64,000 bases of DNA, taken from contig OZ244991.1 of NCBI GenBank assembly GCA_965223335.1, positions 2,016,001 through 2,080,000 on the forward strand, read 5' to 3'. The position numbers were made by a program, and so were the translations under genes. The notes under the pieces are model-generated. The model was given only the letters and a program-made list of their open reading frames with translations. It did no database searches and had not been told where the DNA came from. The DNA is from Thermodesulfobacteriota bacterium. GTDB taxonomy: Bacteria; Desulfobacterota_D; UBA1144; Nemesobacterales; UBA2774. Below are positions 62,154 to 64,000 of this stretch, piece by piece. Position 1 is the stretch's first letter; every line of letters begins with the position of its first letter.

Positions 62154-62657
62154 ATGCAGAAGGATCTAGGATTGATCACAGTAGCTGTTGAAAACAAAGC
62201 ATCAAACAAAAAGCCCATAAACGTAAAGACACAGGAGATCGAGGGTACTAGAGTTACAAGTTATGCCGAGAAAATCGATGTTGCGTATGAAGACCTGGTT
62301 AATCTTTGTTATGGCTATGGCGAGGTATTGGAGAGTGGGGATATCACAAATATCCATAGTTACTCAACAGTCCGAATGCAGTTGCTAAGCAGTATTGCTG
62401 AGGAGTTCGGGAGTATGGAACTCAATGAAGAGAACAAAAAACTAAACGACCTGTTTTTGAAATCCGTCAACATGTATAAAGAGAGTATATCCTCTATCCA
62501 CAAGGCTACAGGGATATTGCTAGGACTTAAAACAGGGGACAACAAACAAGCCGAAGAAATGATTAACAAGAGTTGGGAAAGCGTTGTGGATGCAAACGAT
62601 ATGTTCTTTGAGTTTGTGTACGAGCATCTTAAATATAAAAGCGAGATTTGCCACTAA
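62154..62657 (+). CDS. Hypothetical helical protein
   Basis: SD GAAGGAG; 167 aa with amphipathic helices. Confidence 0.7.
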   Translation: MQKDLGLITVAVENKASNKKPINVKTQEIEGTRVTSYAEKIDVAYEDLVNLCYGYGEVLESGDITNIHSYSTVRMQLLSSIAEEFGSMELNEENKKLNDLFLKSVNMYKESISSIHKATGILLGLKTGDNKQAEEMINKSWESVVDANDMFFEFVYEHLKYKSEICH

Positions 62658-62797
62658 ATTTGGTTGTAGTACGGTTGTAGATTTAGATCTATAGTTCTCT
62701 GCAGAGGACGTTTTAAGGAAAACTTTTTTGATGTTAAATCGCTCGTTCGATCCTGATCCCGGGCCATTATCACCTATTTCCAAATACAGATTTAACC

Positions 62798-64000
62798 CTA
62801 ACCCTGTAGAATCTGATCGACTCGCTGGCACTCTTGATGTATATCCTGAGCGATCTGTAAGATATTTTCCGCAGCCTCTTTGGTGGCCTCGGAAGTAATT
62901 AAATCGTTTAGTTCCTCGGAGATGTCCAACCACTTGTTATCGGCTTCCCCGGTTCTCACAAGAAGGTTCTCGAACTCCCATATGGTCTGTTCGGATGTAA
63001 ACGGGTCTACGAGCTTTGTGTAAAGCGGCACGTGGGCGCTCGCAGCACACGCATGGTAACTCTCGAGAATAGATGCTTCGAACTCACCGTGCTTAAGCAG
63101 TGCCGCAGCCTGTTCGAGCTTGGTTTCGGCGTCTTTAAATGTGGGTACTTTCTCTTCCACTGTAGCCCCCGCACATTCTCCCTTTACACCCTTTTGGACC
63201 TCGAATTTCTCCTCTTCGTGGCCCCAGTCCTGATAAAACGAGGGGTCTTCCTCGAACGAGGGAGTTTTTGTGAACTCTGAGATTTCATCTTTTAAACGGT
63301 CTCGGCCCAAACGCTCCATTACATCGTCAAAACTTTCATTATCCTGTTTCTCGTCCCTATAAAGCTCTAAGAACTTCTTCACGACCTTGGGGGCGTTTCG
63401 AGTAGGTACTTTTATTAACGATGTAGCAAGCCTTGTGTCATCTCCGTATAAACCTCCCCCTACATATACCTGTTCAGAGGGCATGTGCCGTCCGTCCACC
63501 GTAAGTGAGGCACCCTGGAAACCTATATTGGCGACCACATGCTGGGCGCATGCATTGGGACAGCCCGAAATTTTAATCTTTAGGTCTTTGGTGAGATCAG
63601 AGAACTCACCCAGCCCGTTTTTCATGTCTTCGTTTAGCTTACCGGCAAGCCCCTTGGCCGAGGTGATGCCCAGTCGGCAGGTGTCTGCTCCGGGACATGC
63701 TGTGATGTCTTCAAATGTGTCGGCTCCGAGTTGAGTGAGCCCCGCGTCGTTTAGTGCCAAATATAAAGCAGGGAGGTCGCGGGTGTTAACCCAGCGCAAC
63801 ATAAAGTTCTGGAGGATTGTTATCCTTATATCGCTAGCCGAAAAAGCTTCTGTGATATCGGCAAGTTGTCGTCCCTGGTCCGAGGTAATATCGCCCCTGT
63901 CTATACGCACATGTACCATGCAGTAGCCGTCTGTGCTGTGCGGTACCACTGAGGACTCTTTCCATGCTATGAACTCAGGGTCCTGTTCTGTGCCCTTCGG
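62798..64000 (-). CDS. Siroheme/4Fe-4S sulfite or nitrite reductase with a HEPN-like C-terminus (5' end outside the window)
   Basis: ACPGADTC and SGCPNAC ligands; frame stays open to the window end. Confidence 0.9.
   Translation of the reverse strand, partial: PKGTEQDPEFIAWKESSVVPHSTDGYCMVHVRIDRGDITSDQGRQLADITEAFSASDIRITILQNFMLRWVNTRDLPALYLALNDAGLTQLGADTFEDITACPGADTCRLGITSAKGLAGKLNEDMKNGLGEFSDLTKDLKIKISGCPNACAQHVVANIGFQGASLTVDGRHMPSEQVYVGGGLYGDDTRLATSLIKVPTRNAPKVVKKFLELYRDEKQDNESFDDVMERLGRDRLKDEISEFTKTPSFEEDPSFYQDWGHEEEKFEVQKGVKGECAGATVEEKVPTFKDAETKLEQAAALLKHGEFEASILESYHACAASAHVPLYTKLVDPFTSEQTIWEFENLLVRTGEADNKWLDISEELNDLITSEATKEAAENILQIAQDIHQECQRVDQILQG

Noticed and set aside
62729..62766. 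tRNA 3' remnant (GTTCGATCC...CCA) and a XerD-arm-like TGATGTTAAAT
   Set aside because: The T-stem does not pair, there are no D or anticodon arms and no integrase nearby; the single arm match has no spacer or XerC context.

Overview
This is a compact chromosomal window of mostly housekeeping genes from a Gram-negative, deltaproteobacteria-like bacterium. Gene content and order suggest a Desulfobacterota/Ca. Dadabacteria-type lineage, which is inference only. It carries pyruvate dehydrogenase (aceE-aceF-lpdA), ileS, lutABC, PBP1A, cysK, ftsH-folP-cdaA-cdaR-glmM-pdxJ, fur, folC, a DnaD-like plus DnaC/DnaI-like pair, rpe, metK-ahcY-xerD-S2P-scpA-scpB, der, ilvE, pepA-sppA, two paralogous ArsR regulators around a fetA/fetB deletion chimera, an L,D-transpeptidase, MscS and a partial siroheme sulfite/nitrite reductase. 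No rRNA, intact tRNA, transposase, prophage or Cas gene was seen. The main non-coding signal is a 28-bp dif site (16576-16603) followed directly by an inverted array of 4-5 XerD-arm half-sites lacking XerC arms. KOPS octamers switch polarity at this point, and xerD shares a same-strand gene cluster with scpAB about 21 kb away. Together these suggest a replication terminus with a XerD platform that may unload SMC.
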